The notes beneath the pieces are model-generated. The model saw only the letters and a list, made by a program, of their open reading frames with translations, was not told the origin of the DNA and searched no databases. The position numbers were made by a program, and so were the translations under genes. Shown piece by piece: positions 62,079 through 64,000 of a stretch of 64,000 bases of DNA; the stretch's first letter is position 1, and each line of letters starts with the position of its first letter. The DNA is from Anaeromyxobacter sp. (GTDB taxonomy: Bacteria; Myxococcota; Myxococcia; Myxococcales; Anaeromyxobacteraceae): contig JASGJN010000023.1 in NCBI GenBank assembly GCA_049840735.1, positions 64,001 through 128,000 on the forward strand. The letters are read 5' to 3'.

Positions 62079-63038
62079 ATGACAGCCAAGCGATCGACCC
62101 GCCGCGTTGGACCCGCCGTTCCGTGCCGCGGCGCCCGCGCCATTTCCCTCCTCCTGGCTCCGCTGGTCGCGCTGGGCGCAGCGCCGGCGCTGGCGAGCGA
62201 GGCGCCCGAGCCGCCTCCGGCGCTGGTGATGGTCCGCTCGGCGCCGTCGGTGGTCGTCGTGGCCGGGGCGCCGCCGTTCGTGCTGCTCGACGCCGCGGTC
62301 CTGGCGGGCGAGGGCGGGCCGGCGCTCCGCATCGTCTACCTGGCCTCGACGCGCAGCCAGGACGCGCGGGCGGCCGACACCGACGTCCGCTGCACCGGGA
62401 CCGCGGCCGTGCTGCTGGAGCGGCTCGCGCCGGTGCTGGCGGCCGGGGTGGAGCGCGCCGAGGTGGTCGCGGTGTTCGGCGCGTCCGGCGGGTGGGGCGT
62501 GGCGCTGCCGGCGCGGGCCTCGCGGACCGGCGGGCGCTGGGCCCCCGCCGCGCTGGAGGCCTCCCGCCCGGTGCTCCTGCCGGCGCTGCCGGAGCGGCTG
62601 GCCCGGCCGGTGGAAGCGGAGGAGGCGGCGGTCGAGGCCGCGCGGCGCTTCCTGGCGCGGGCCGACGCGGGCGACGCGGATGGCGCCTGGGCCCTGGTCT
62701 CGGCGGCCGCCAGGGCGGAGCTGAGCCGGCAGGCCTTCGGCCAGGCCATCGGGACGCCGCCGTCCGAGGGCCCGCCGCCACAGCGCTGGGAGCGCTTCCG
62801 CCGCTACGAGCTGCGGACCGGGCGGCTCGGGCTGGGCGACGTGGTGGAGGTCTGCCTGGAGGGCGCGGGTGGCCTGGATCGCCTGCAGGTGCGGCTCGAC
62901 GACGATCAGGCCTGGCGGGTGTCGCTCTACGAGCACCGCGAGCCGTCGCCCGGCGGACCGGGCGCCGCGTCCCGCCGCGTGGCGAGCCGCGGCCCGCCGC
63001 AGGCGCAGGCCGTGCCCGGGCCGGCGCTTTCGCTGTAG
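62079..63038 (+). CDS. Exported hypothetical protein
   Basis: Signal-like N-terminus; C-terminal A.RFL...DAGD...AW motif suggests an NTF2-like/DUF4019-like fold. Confidence 0.5.
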   Translation: MTAKRSTRRVGPAVPCRGARAISLLLAPLVALGAAPALASEAPEPPPALVMVRSAPSVVVVAGAPPFVLLDAAVLAGEGGPALRIVYLASTRSQDARAADTDVRCTGTAAVLLERLAPVLAAGVERAEVVAVFGASGGWGVALPARASRTGGRWAPAALEASRPVLLPALPERLARPVEAEEAAVEAARRFLARADAGDADGAWALVSAAARAELSRQAFGQAIGTPPSEGPPPQRWERFRRYELRTGRLGLGDVVEVCLEGAGGLDRLQVRLDDDQAWRVSLYEHREPSPGGPGAASRRVASRGPPQAQAVPGPALSL

Positions 63039-63056
63039 CCGTGGCGCGCGCCCGGC

Positions 63057-63809
63057 TCAGAGCTCCAGGCGGATGCCCAGCAGCGGCCCGGACAGCGCGA
63101 CGTCGAGCTTGAAGTTCCCCTCGGTCCGGTCCACGGCCAGGTGCCGGTAGCCGGCGAACAGGGTGCCCCAGCCCCACGCGTAGCCGACCGCCCCCAGCGC
63201 CTGCCAGGTCAGGTCGGAGCCGCCCGCGCCGGCGTCCGCGTGCAGGTAGGCGCGCCAGCGCCTCCACTGGTAGTCCGCCCGGACCGCCGCCACGGCGTCG
63301 GCCCACAGGTCGGAGTCGGAGAGCTCGCGGCCGTCCAGCGAGCCCTGCTCCAGCGCCAGCCGCACCTTGAGGCCGTAGGCGCGCGCGCCGCCGGCCAGGT
63401 CCAGGCGCAGGCCGCCGCGATCGAGGAGGTTGTAGCCGGCGAACCCCTGGACGATGTTGCCGAGCACCTGCGCCTCGACCGACTGGTAGAGGTCGTCGCG
63501 GGGCGTGAGGGCGTCGGCGCGGACGTTGGCGTAGGTCCAGTCGCCGAAGGCGATGAACCGGCCGTGCCGCCAGCCCAGGTTCACCATCGCGCCGCCCAGG
63601 CGCAGGTTCGGCTCCAAATCGGGCAGCTCCACGTCGAGCCGGTCGCCCAGCCCGGTGTCGCCCGCCGGCGCGCCCAGCGTGCCGCTCAGGCTGGGCAGCC
63701 AGACGTAGGGCGCGAGGACGCCCTCGCCGTTCGCGCCCTCCGCCCTCCCGGCGGCAGGGGCGCTGGCGAGGAGGAGCGGGAGCAGCGTCAGCGCGCAGCA
63801 GCGCTCCAC
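63057..63809 (-). CDS. Putative outer-membrane beta-barrel protein
   Basis: Signal peptide; APYVWLP..SG; GGSDLTWQ; GYR; SGPLLG. Confidence 0.75.
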   Translation of the reverse strand: MERCCALTLLPLLLASAPAAGRAEGANGEGVLAPYVWLPSLSGTLGAPAGDTGLGDRLDVELPDLEPNLRLGGAMVNLGWRHGRFIAFGDWTYANVRADALTPRDDLYQSVEAQVLGNIVQGFAGYNLLDRGGLRLDLAGGARAYGLKVRLALEQGSLDGRELSDSDLWADAVAAVRADYQWRRWRAYLHADAGAGGSDLTWQALGAVGYAWGWGTLFAGYRHLAVDRTEGNFKLDVALSGPLLGIRLEL

Positions 63810-63810
63810 C

Positions 63811-64000
63811 TCAGAACCCCCACTGCAGGCCGATGCCCGGCGCGATGGCCCACTGGTGCTTCTCCTTGCTGCTGGTGGGCGGGTACCAGTTGCCCGTCAG
63901 CTGCAGCCGGACGCGCTCCAGGAGCGTGGCGGAGACGCCGCCCTGGATGGACGCGCGCGAGCAGTAGCCGATGGTGTTGTTGGCCGGGTTGGGGCACTTG
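63811..64000 (-). CDS. C-terminal fragment of an outer-membrane beta-barrel protein
   Basis: Manual translation ends ..HQWAIAPGIGLQWGF* (terminal Phe beta-signal). Confidence 0.6.
   Translation of the reverse strand, partial: KCPNPANNTIGYCSRASIQGGVSATLLERVRLQLTGNWYPPTSSKEKHQWAIAPGIGLQWGF

Overview
Very GC-rich bacterial chromosome segment. Gene order and protein families point to a myxobacterium, probably Anaeromyxobacter-like (inference). 1-26.4 kb is core genome: an ABC-2 exporter, a DnaC/DnaI-like ATPase with a DnaD-like partner, a Ser/Thr kinase, uppS-cdsA-dxr-rseP-tsaB, an asd-like gene, a MYXO-CTERM protein plus beta-barrel pair, agmH-bacO-bacP-padC-pyrE, nadB, a lytic transglycosylase, pgsA and tRNA-Gly(GCC). 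After the tRNA the region becomes accessory: IS21 debris, an orphan SMI1/KNR4 immunity gene, a DUF2868/DUF3482-GTPase pair, LysR and AraC mini-regulons, msrA, sensor kinases, a TPR kinase, a CsgG/HfaB-like operon, an APC permease, amtB and modA. The best candidate for an undescribed system is at 36.7-42.5 kb: a Tat-exported lipoprotein flavoenzyme of ketosteroid-dehydrogenase type, a 7-haem c-type cytochrome lipoprotein, a sigma54 two-component system and a second tatA. Other notable signals are a GTAG-type REP/REPIN family (11 units at 6 loci) with covarying hairpins, an unannotated 29-aa membrane protein behind a sigma54-like promoter, about ten apparently leaderless genes, and +1 frameshifts in conserved genes that cluster at GATTCG, probably methylation-linked sequencing errors. 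All family assignments come from reading motifs by eye; no database searches were run.
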